NCBI GenBank assembly: GCA_964512915.1 | Contig: CAZEKJ010000007.1 | Span: 15,572-79,571, forward strand | Length of the DNA: 64,000 nucleotides | Reading direction: 5' to 3' | Source: an uncultured Porphyromonadaceae bacterium | GTDB taxonomy: Bacteria; Bacteroidota; Bacteroidia; Bacteroidales; UBA12481 | Shown: positions 56,625-64,000 of the stretch, in pieces | How positions within the stretch are numbered: the stretch's first letter is position 1 | Layout: each line of letters opens with the position of its first letter | Program-made: the position numbers and the translations under genes | The notes under the pieces: generated by a model | What the model was told of the DNA's origin: nothing | Seen by the model: the letters and a program-made list of their open reading frames with translations, nothing else | Databases searched by the model: none

Positions 56625-56785
56625 CCAGTTACCGGTTGCCAGTTGCCGGTTGCCGGTTGGGCCAGAACTGTCATTCCGGCGAAAGCCGGAATCCCCTGAC
56701 AAGTGCTCCGGGGCCTGGGATCCTGACTTTCGTCAGGATGACAGTTCCGGCCCAACTGGTAACTGGTAACCGGCAACTGGCAACT
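56625..56785. repeat. Nested palindromic element, same architecture as 15495-15680
   Basis: Heptamer arms at 56625-56663 and 56749-56785. 10-bp stem GAACTGTCAT/ATGACAGTTC. Hairpins at 56670-56693 (GAAA loop) and 56719-56742. The left arm is flush with the stop at 56622-56624; the right arm ends 11 nt from the stop at 56797-56799. Confidence 0.9.
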
Positions 56786-56796
56786 TCTCCCAAGAG

Positions 56797-58170
56797 TCAG
56801 ATCTCTTCCCCAATACTATACGGCGGCCGGTAATTCCGCGTCAGCATCATATCGGCCTCCGGATCACTGGCAAATTTCTCGTGACTGCCCATGAAGTGAA
56901 CCTCACGGTTGAGCCGGTAGGATATGTTGGCCAGGTGCGGAAGGGCCGACGACATGAAACCCTCCTGAATATCGCAGTTGAGATCTTCATCTTTCCCTGA
57001 CCGGATGGAATCCAGAAAGTTGGCATAATGTTCGGATCCTCCGGGGGCTGCCCGGTACGTGGGATCCACCGGCTTCTCGGCGGCAGGCTTGTCGGACCCG
57101 GCAAACGAGTCTTTCTCCCTTTTCCTCCAGGCTTTCCAGGTGCTCCCGTTGATTTCCAGATACCCTTCCGTGCCGTAAAAAATATTCCCGATCTTGATAT
57201 TCAGGTTCCCTTCGCCGTTGGTATAAGCCCCCCGGGTCTCAAACTCGAAAATCTGGCCGTTGGCATATTTAAAGACTGAAGCCTGGGTATCCGGGGTTTC
57301 CTGGGAGCACTCGCGTTTGGTAAACCCGTATATCCCCCCGCTGGAGTAAATCGCGACAGGATGCTCATTCTGGCCCAGGCCCCATCGGGCTATATCAAAC
57401 TGATGCGGGCCCTGGTTTCCGGTGTCTCCGTTGCCTGTATCCCAGTGCCAGTGCCAGTTGTAATGCACGCGTTTTTCATTGTAGGGACGTAGCTGGGCAG
57501 GCCCGAGCCACCTGTCGTAATGCAGGGTTGCCGGCGGAGTGCTGTCCCTGGCGATCCCGAAAGAATCCCTGGGCTTCAGACAGAGGCCACGGGCCATGTA
57601 AACCTCCCCGATACCGCCCTCCCGCAAAAACCGTAATGCTTCCATTACCTGCGGAATCGACCGGTTCTGGAAACCAACCTGAACCCTTACATTATACTTC
57701 CTGGCGGCTTCCACCATTTTGCGGCCTTCAAAAACATTGTGACAGGCAGGCTTTTCAACATATACATGTTTGCCAGCCTGACAGGCCCAGATCGTTCCCA
57801 GGGCATGCCAGTGGTTTGGTATGGCCATTGAAACCGCATGTATCTCCTTGTCATCGAACACCTTACGCATGTCCCACTCGGTTGCCGGGCGATATCCGGT
57901 CAGTTTTTCAGCATTATCCGCCCGCTCCTTAAAAAACTGCTCATCCGCATCGCACAGGGTTTTAATCCTGACATTCCGGTCGTCCTTCAGGCTGGCATAG
58001 GTGTTGATATGCCCTCCACCCTGGCCCCGTATACCGATGATGGCCAAATTGATCCGTTCATTTGATCCGATAATTGATCCATAGGATTTGGCAGAAAAAC
58101 CCATGCCTCCGATGGCAATGCCTGCGGTTCCCACCAGGCTCTTTTTGATAAAATCTCTTCGTTCGGTCAT
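56797..58170 (-). CDS. TAT-exported Gfo/Idh/MocA family oxidoreductase
   Basis: Twin-arginine signal MTERRDFIKKSLVGTAGIA. Rossmann motif LAIIGIRGQGGGH. Confidence 0.8.
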   Translation of the reverse strand: MTERRDFIKKSLVGTAGIAIGGMGFSAKSYGSIIGSNERINLAIIGIRGQGGGHINTYASLKDDRNVRIKTLCDADEQFFKERADNAEKLTGYRPATEWDMRKVFDDKEIHAVSMAIPNHWHALGTIWACQAGKHVYVEKPACHNVFEGRKMVEAARKYNVRVQVGFQNRSIPQVMEALRFLREGGIGEVYMARGLCLKPRDSFGIARDSTPPATLHYDRWLGPAQLRPYNEKRVHYNWHWHWDTGNGDTGNQGPHQFDIARWGLGQNEHPVAIYSSGGIYGFTKRECSQETPDTQASVFKYANGQIFEFETRGAYTNGEGNLNIKIGNIFYGTEGYLEINGSTWKAWRKREKDSFAGSDKPAAEKPVDPTYRAAPGGSEHYANFLDSIRSGKDEDLNCDIQEGFMSSALPHLANISYRLNREVHFMGSHEKFASDPEADMMLTRNYRPPYSIGEEI

Positions 58171-58262
58171 AGTAGTTGGTTGCTGGTTACTGGTTGCTGG
58201 TTCTGGTTGCCGGTTGCCGGTTACCGGTTACCGGTTACTGGTCACTGGTCACTGGTCACTGG
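58171..58262. repeat. 12-unit heptamer array drifting from GTTGCTG to GTCACTG
   Basis: Fills the spacer between the stop at 58256-58258 (inside the last unit) and the ATG at 58170. Confidence 0.9.
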
Positions 58263-59128
58263 TTTTTCCATTGGTCGTTTAGGGTTAGGAATGCGCGCGG
58301 CAGGTCTTCGTTTTTCCAGGAGCCCTCAATGGAGATGCCTCCGTGATAGCGTATTTTCTTCAAGGCCTCAAAGTAAGGACGAAAGTCATCTCCATCCATT
58401 CCGGGCGCTGTGCGGGTTCTGAGTTCGGCAATATGGCAATGAACCAGAAGATCACCGGCATCCAAAATGGAGGAGGGCCCTTCATTTTCCCGCATCATGT
58501 GAAAAATGTCTGCTAAAACTCTGATATTCTTATCGTTAACTTCTCTTGCGATCGAAGTGGCCTCGGTTACGGTATTGATAAAATTGCATTCCGATTTTTG
58601 CAGGCTTTCTATGGCGATGGTCACATGGTATTTCCGCGCAACCGGACCCATTCTTTTCAGCAGGCTTACAAATTGGTTCCGGGCTTCTGACCGGTCGAAC
58701 TCTTCGGGGATCGAACGGGCTCCCGAACTGCCAAATACGATGATCCGGATCCCGGCCTGTTCCGCCCTCCGGAAGGCCACCTCTGCATAGCTCAGAACCG
58801 TATCGTGCCTGGCTTCCGGTCCGGTTACCTTAAGTGTTCCCGGAAGGAATCCGTTGCAGGCAATTACCGGCAGCTTGCAGGTATCAAATTCGGCCATTTT
58901 CTTCTGGAACTCTTCATCAGGTTTTCCGGGCATCAGGTCGCGTCCCACACTCCCTTCCAGGTACCGGAAGCCCGCTTGTTTCAGTATAGATGCGTTTGAC
59001 AGGGAGGTGCAAACGCCGAACTGTGGACCCTGCTCTCGTGCCGATGCTCCGATCCTTGTGGCCGGTTTGCATGCGGGTAACCCGATAAGAACGGCAGCTA
59101 TCAGGATAAGAAGAGGCCTGTTTTTCAT
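58256..59128 (-). CDS. Sugar phosphate isomerase/epimerase (xylose isomerase-like TIM barrel), lipoprotein
   Basis: 290 aa. AP_endonuc_2-like pattern (IRIIVFGS..., ESLQKSECNFIN, HCHIAE). The stop lies in the heptamer array. Confidence 0.7.
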   Translation of the reverse strand: MKNRPLLILIAAVLIGLPACKPATRIGASAREQGPQFGVCTSLSNASILKQAGFRYLEGSVGRDLMPGKPDEEFQKKMAEFDTCKLPVIACNGFLPGTLKVTGPEARHDTVLSYAEVAFRRAEQAGIRIIVFGSSGARSIPEEFDRSEARNQFVSLLKRMGPVARKYHVTIAIESLQKSECNFINTVTEATSIAREVNDKNIRVLADIFHMMRENEGPSSILDAGDLLVHCHIAELRTRTAPGMDGDDFRPYFEALKKIRYHGGISIEGSWKNEDLPRAFLTLNDQWKNQ

Positions 59129-60504
59129 TCCGTTGAGCGGATAAAATCAACCGATTCGTTAAGAATATCCGCAATTCTTCCGAGCCAATCGAGATGCTCG
59201 GGCTTCATCAGTACGGATCTGAGGCTGGTAATCGTCTCCCGGTCCTGCTCCATTCCTGCCGTGCTAAGATCGAAGAACCGGCAGGGGAGCTCGGCCAGGG
59301 CGAGGTGAAGGTTCCGGCGGCCGGCCTCTTCGAATATTTTTCGTGAGAGTTTGGATGCTTCGGAAACGGATCCCGCCCTCGGAGCCCAGATCACGATATC
59401 AAGCTCCGGCGGAAATGCGGTAATATAGCGGGGATTGGATTCCAGATAGTTATAAAATTCAATGGCCGCCTGACGTCCTTTTTCCAGAAGTCTGGCGAAT
59501 TCACCGTGTCGTACCAGAGGGAGAAGTCGTTGTGTGGCCCAGAGGGCAACGGCTGAGGCTCCGGGACGGCTGCATTCGAGACTGATTTCGCCCAGGTGCA
59601 TTTCATCGGAACTGAAGTAGGTATAGGGTGAATCGTGCTTATAAAATTTCCCCACGGCGGGGTCGCGGAAAAGCACGCATCCGCATCCGTAAGGCTGCAT
59701 GCCATGTTTGTGCGGATCCACCACGATGGAGTCAACGGCAGTGAGCTTTTCATAAACTGCACGGGTTGAGGGGACCAGGTTTTCCACCAGGGTGAAATAG
59801 CCGCCATAAGCCGTATCGGCATGAATGCGGAACCCATACTTTTCCTGAAGCCTGATAAGCTCAGGAAGAGGATCCGTGGCGCCTGTCGCAGTGGTTCCAA
59901 TCGTTGCGACCACCGTTCCGACAGGCTCCGAATCCAGTATTTTACGGAGTGCATCCGTGTCCATCCGGCCAAATGAATCGACAGCGACGGAACGGAACGG
60001 CAACCCCAGGACCTTGGTTAACCTTTCATGTGTATAGTGGGCCTGTTTTGAGGCCACGATCAGTTTGCCGGGATTCAGCTGGCCGGAGACCCAGAGCGCT
60101 TCGAGGTTCGCCATGGTTCCGCCGCCGGTGAGGTGCCCCAGAAACTCCTTCCAGCCAAACATTGCGGCAATCTCAGCCACCGCCTCCTTCTCCATTCGTG
60201 AGCTGGCACGCCCGCCGTCGAGGGCATGATTATTCGGGTTGATATAAAGCGAAAGCATATAGGCCAGCCGCGCCATGGGATGCGGCGGTTTCAGCATCTG
60301 CCCCGCATACAGCGGATGGAAATAGGGGAAATTATCCTTCATCCTGCCGGCAACCTCCAGCATCACTTCCTCCAGTCGGGCCAGATCAGTGCTTCCCTCT
60401 TCAAACGACTCCAGCATCTGAAACCCTGAATTCAGCTCTTTCAGTGCTGTTTCCAGAATTTTCAATGACTTCAGTTCAAGCCCGACTGATATACCTTCTT
60501 TCAT
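59125..60504 (-). CDS. PLP-dependent group II decarboxylase-like enzyme
   Basis: VDPHKHGMQPYGCGCVLFRD contains the PLP-lysine context (HK). Fold-type I layout. Its stop overlaps the downstream start (ATGA). Confidence 0.75.
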   Translation of the reverse strand: MKEGISVGLELKSLKILETALKELNSGFQMLESFEEGSTDLARLEEVMLEVAGRMKDNFPYFHPLYAGQMLKPPHPMARLAYMLSLYINPNNHALDGGRASSRMEKEAVAEIAAMFGWKEFLGHLTGGGTMANLEALWVSGQLNPGKLIVASKQAHYTHERLTKVLGLPFRSVAVDSFGRMDTDALRKILDSEPVGTVVATIGTTATGATDPLPELIRLQEKYGFRIHADTAYGGYFTLVENLVPSTRAVYEKLTAVDSIVVDPHKHGMQPYGCGCVLFRDPAVGKFYKHDSPYTYFSSDEMHLGEISLECSRPGASAVALWATQRLLPLVRHGEFARLLEKGRQAAIEFYNYLESNPRYITAFPPELDIVIWAPRAGSVSEASKLSRKIFEEAGRRNLHLALAELPCRFFDLSTAGMEQDRETITSLRSVLMKPEHLDWLGRIADILNESVDFIRSTE

Positions 60505-60550
60505 AATTACTCAATGGTTGCCCTGCAATTTACTACATTTCTTAATTCCC

Positions 60551-60587
60551 GACTGGTCACTGGTCACTGGTCACTAGTCACTACTCC
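60551..60587. repeat. (GTCACTG-family) heptamer array overlapping a gene 3' end
   Basis: GACTGGTCACTGGTCACTGGTCACTAGTCACTACTCC. The TAG stop (60574-60576) and the last 3 codons of the SGNH hydrolase lie in it. Confidence 0.85.
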
Positions 60588-61242
60588 TCAATCCCACCGC
60601 CTTCCCCACCGCCTCACGCCAAATCTCGTAACCTTTCCGGTTCAGGTGAAGCCCGTCATCCAGGAACAGTTCCTGCCTGGGCTTTCCTTCCGCATCAAGC
60701 ATCAACTTCCATATATTAATGTATCGCACCCCCCGGGTCCGGCGCGCGAATTTCCTCAGGGATTCGTTTAAGGTAAGATAGTCTCCACTGAGGCGCCATC
60801 GGGCCAGGCTGGGCTTGGCTGACAGGAACCAGATCCTGGCACCGGGCTGCTTCGAGTGAATCAAGGCGACCAGTTTGCCGGCCTGACTGATGATCGAATC
60901 AACACTTGTCCCATATTCGATATCGTTATCCCCCTCATATACAATTACTTTAGCCGGATGATAACGTACAATAAGCAGGTCAGCATAGAATAGAAGGTCA
61001 CTCATGTGTGACCCTCCGAATCCGGTATTAACCAGGTTAACTCCCGGGAAATCGGTTTTGAGTCCCTCCCACAACCGAATACTTGAACTTCCGGTAAACA
61101 GGACCAGCTCACCGGAATCCGATTGGCTGGCATTCTCTGCCTTCAACCGGTCGACCTCGCCCTGAAATCTGGCGGGATCCTGTGCGGCTGACTGCAATAT
61201 CGCAGCACCCGTTAAAAGAAGGGCAAGGAGGAATGGTTTCAT
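60574..61242 (-). CDS. SGNH/GDSL hydrolase (esterase), secreted
   Basis: Blocks FTGSSSI (Ser), GFGGSH, YEGDND and DDGLHLN (Asp-x-x-His). Confidence 0.8.
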   Translation of the reverse strand: MKPFLLALLLTGAAILQSAAQDPARFQGEVDRLKAENASQSDSGELVLFTGSSSIRLWEGLKTDFPGVNLVNTGFGGSHMSDLLFYADLLIVRYHPAKVIVYEGDNDIEYGTSVDSIISQAGKLVALIHSKQPGARIWFLSAKPSLARWRLSGDYLTLNESLRKFARRTRGVRYINIWKLMLDAEGKPRQELFLDDGLHLNRKGYEIWREAVGKAVGLRSSD

Positions 61243-61278
61243 TTTGTGGAATTAAATAGTAACGAGTAAATTTAGCAT

Positions 61279-63150
61279 ATGAAAACCATTATTTTCCTAT
61301 CTGCCCTGGCGCTTTTTTGCTCCTGCAACCAGACTCCAACCACCACGATTTTCGTTGGTTCAGAGGGTAACGATCTTAACACAGGTTCAAAAAATGAGTC
61401 CCTTCGAACACTTGAAGCAGCTCAGAAGCTTGTTCGTGAAATGCGGGAAAAAGAACCCGGAAAATCCGTAAAAGTTATCCTCGGAGCAGGTACCTGGCAT
61501 ATTGATAAGCCTCTGTTTTTTGGTTCTTCTGACGGGGGATCCGGAAAGGCAACCGTTACCTGGGAAGGCCAGCCCGATGGCGGGACCGTGATTTCCGGCG
61601 GTACGCTGATCGGCGGTTTCAGGGATGAAGGGTATGGGATCTGGTGGGCGCCGGTCGACAGCACCAGAGTTTTTGAACAGCTCTATGTTAATGGAGTCCG
61701 CGCTACCCGAGCCCGTTACCCGAATATGGATGATCCCAAGCCGAGAATCTACCTGGATCATTCCTCCTGGATTTACAATCAGGACTCGACGGTAAAAAAT
61801 ATTAAAGTCACGCTGCGCGACAGCACCCTGACGGATCGTCTTTTTCTTGGAAATACCTGCGAGGTGGTCGTCTTCAAGGACTGGACGATATCCCGGTTTC
61901 ATGTTTCCGGCTTTATATCTGAACCGCCCGCCCTGCTGCTAAAGCCGCCGTTTGCACTGTTTGACGGACCCTACAATTCGATTTTTGCCGGAAATTCAAA
62001 CCGGTACAGCTGCTATCTCGAAGGGGATCCCACCTTCGTGGACCAACCGGGCGAATGGGCGCTCGATAGGGCTGGCAGCCGGGTGTTTTACAAACCGCTG
62101 CCTGGACAGACCCTTGAGAGTGTTACGGTGATTGCGCCCATGGCACAGCAGCTCGTGGTTATGAAAGGAGACGCGGAAAGTCCAATTACGAATTTAGAGT
62201 TCCGAAGTATAAGGTTTGAAAATGCCGCATACCTGTTGCCGGAATATAATCACGATGGGATGCAGGCTGCTTTTTATTATCCGGGAAATTCGGAAAAAAC
62301 GACTGGCCCGGGTCTGATTCCTCCAGCCATCGAGATGGCATGGGCGGAAAATTGCAAGGTTTCGGACTGTACCCTGCGAAACATTGGCGGGAATGGCATT
62401 TACCTTCGTGAGGGGTGTCGGAATAACCGGATAAAAAATAGTATTGCCGAAGATATCGGAGGGAACGGGGTCATGATCGGGCTCACGTTTGACCCGAAAG
62501 CGGACTCGCCACTCCTGCCTGTCAACAACGTGGTCACCGGATCCACCATCCATAATTGCGGGGTCGGGTTTCACGGCTCGGTCGGGATTTGGCTCGGCTT
62601 CTGCGCGGAAAATGAAATATCGGACTGTGAGGTATATGACCTTCCGTACACCGGCATTTCGGTGGGCTGGCAGTGGAATCCGCAACCCACCTCCTCGAAA
62701 AACAACCGCATCCTGAATAACCGTATTCATCACGCCATGCAGATGCTTGGCGACGGTGGCGGAATTTATACCCTCGGATTCCAGCCGGGTTCCGTCATAT
62801 CAGGAAATGAAATTCACGATATCCTGAGGAGCGAACTGAACCATGCCTCAGACAATAACGGGATGTTTATCGATGAAGGCAGCAAGGGGTACCTGATTGA
62901 GAACAACACCATACGAAACACGGCACATACCAGCATCCGCGGCCACCGGGCTGCCGGAGTAGAGCTTATCGGAAACACCTTTTATTCCGGCGAACAGGCT
63001 GCCATCAGCCACACCCCGCCTTACGAAGCCATGATCTTCGTGAACAAAGACACCACAGTGTCCTGGAAAAACCCCGGATGGCCAGTGGAGTGGGGGTATC
63101 CGGAGAAGATTACGGCGTTTACGATGAAAGGGAATACCTTTAAGAAATAA
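61279..63150 (+). CDS. Right-handed parallel beta-helix repeat lipoprotein (pectate-lyase-fold)
   Basis: Signal LSALALFCSCNQ. Repeated NxxIxNxGGNGI-type turns (NIGGNGIYL, DIGGNGVMI, GDGGGIYT). Confidence 0.7.
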   Translation: MKTIIFLSALALFCSCNQTPTTTIFVGSEGNDLNTGSKNESLRTLEAAQKLVREMREKEPGKSVKVILGAGTWHIDKPLFFGSSDGGSGKATVTWEGQPDGGTVISGGTLIGGFRDEGYGIWWAPVDSTRVFEQLYVNGVRATRARYPNMDDPKPRIYLDHSSWIYNQDSTVKNIKVTLRDSTLTDRLFLGNTCEVVVFKDWTISRFHVSGFISEPPALLLKPPFALFDGPYNSIFAGNSNRYSCYLEGDPTFVDQPGEWALDRAGSRVFYKPLPGQTLESVTVIAPMAQQLVVMKGDAESPITNLEFRSIRFENAAYLLPEYNHDGMQAAFYYPGNSEKTTGPGLIPPAIEMAWAENCKVSDCTLRNIGGNGIYLREGCRNNRIKNSIAEDIGGNGVMIGLTFDPKADSPLLPVNNVVTGSTIHNCGVGFHGSVGIWLGFCAENEISDCEVYDLPYTGISVGWQWNPQPTSSKNNRILNNRIHHAMQMLGDGGGIYTLGFQPGSVISGNEIHDILRSELNHASDNNGMFIDEGSKGYLIENNTIRNTAHTSIRGHRAAGVELIGNTFYSGEQAAISHTPPYEAMIFVNKDTTVSWKNPGWPVEWGYPEKITAFTMKGNTFKK

Positions 63151-63290
63151 GGCAGAAGGCAGAAGGCAAAAATTAGACTTAAGTCCTTAATCCTTAAGTA
63201 AAAAGTTAAGTATGAAGGAGGGCACAAAGCCAACCTTTTTACTTTTCTATCTTATTTCTTTTTACTAATTTCTGCCTTCTGCCTTCTGCC
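63151..63290. repeat. GGCAGAA-armed palindromic element, subfamily A
   Basis: Exactly fills the gap between the convergent stops TAA (63148-63150) and CTA (63291-63293). Confidence 0.9.
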
Positions 63291-64000
63291 CTATTTCTTA
63301 ATAATAATCGCTTCCCCGAACCCCAGCGCCTTCAACTGCACCGCCTGCGTAGCAGCGTCTCCCGCAATTACATAGAACATCCGGGTTGGATCGATATATT
63401 TCTGAGCCAAAGCCTTGTGCTGATCCACCGTCATGTTCCGGATGGTCTCCTGCTCGCCCTTAACGTAATCAACCGGCAGGTTGTACATGCTGATATCAGC
63501 AAGCATGCCGGTTAGCGCACCCAGGGTTTCAAAGTTCTGTGCGTAGGATTTGATCAGGTAGCTTTGGGTCTTGGCCAGTTCTTCCTCCGGAATGCCGTTT
63601 CGGTAGTTCTCCATCAGGCTTTTAAAAATCTGCAGAGACTCAAGCGTTGCCGAGGATCGTACCATCGAAGAAGCGGTGAAAGGGCCGGGGATATAGGTTC
63701 CGCTGAAGGACGTGCTGGCTCCGTAGGTAAATCCCTTCTGCTCCCGGAGAACCTGATTCACGAGCGAGAGGAAGTTTCCGCCAAGATGGTCATTCATCAC
63801 AGTAGCCGCAAAGTAGTCGGGGTCGGATTGGGCAAGAGCCAGGCTTCCTATTCGGATCACCGACTGCTTGGCACCGGGGACATCGACCACTATAATCTCC
63901 GATTTCTGAAGCGGTTCCGGAACGGGATAAACCGGAAATACCAACTCTTTGGCCGGCCATTTCGAAACCAGACCATTGAGTGATTTAACAACTTTTTCTT
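63291..64000 (-). CDS. M16 (pitrilysin/insulinase) family peptidase, C-terminal part (5' end outside window)
   Basis: Frame open to the window edge. The pattern GAKQSVIRIGSLA...DPDYFAATVMNDHLGGNFLSLVNQVLREQKGFTYGA is typical of the M16 C-terminal domain. Confidence 0.75.
   Translation of the reverse strand, partial: EKVVKSLNGLVSKWPAKELVFPVYPVPEPLQKSEIIVVDVPGAKQSVIRIGSLALAQSDPDYFAATVMNDHLGGNFLSLVNQVLREQKGFTYGASTSFSGTYIPGPFTASSMVRSSATLESLQIFKSLMENYRNGIPEEELAKTQSYLIKSYAQNFETLGALTGMLADISMYNLPVDYVKGEQETIRNMTVDQHKALAQKYIDPTRMFYVIAGDAATQAVQLKALGFGEAIIIKK

Overview
The window is 64 kb of chromosomal DNA. Judging by gene content it is probably from a Bacteroidota-type organism: a T9SS C-terminal sorting domain, a FISUMP domain, DUF4838, many lipoprotein and TAT signals, and GH92/GH95/GH127/GH109-like/GH36-like/GH13 enzymes. 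I call about 47 protein-coding genes, roughly two thirds on the minus strand. Most are glycan-degrading enzymes, sugar and MFS transporters, peptidases (M14, M16, M24, S33) and housekeeping genes (an RlmF-like methyltransferase, PlsC-like, a lipid kinase). I recognised no rRNA, tRNA, CRISPR array, transposase or integrase. An AT-richer patch at about 19.6-24.3 kb holds a decayed RhuM gene, a HigB/HigA module, a beta-propeller gene remnant and a frameshifted T9SS cargo gene. The most unusual feature is non-coding. Nearly every intergenic spacer is made of short tandem repeats: 7-, 8- or about 22-nt units in at least ten sequence families. They are often arranged as array / core hairpins / inverted array and sit flush against start and stop codons. 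The same modules also occur in frame inside genes, where they appear to encode signal-peptide cores, inter-domain linkers of a 1956-codon composite ORF, and internal insertions. Four genes carry an (AACCRGY)n array directly abutting or within 8 nt of their ATG. G-rich (GGGCAYARG)n arrays meet the canonical G-quadruplex motif and are all on the plus strand. All functional calls rest on motifs recognised by eye, because no database search was possible.
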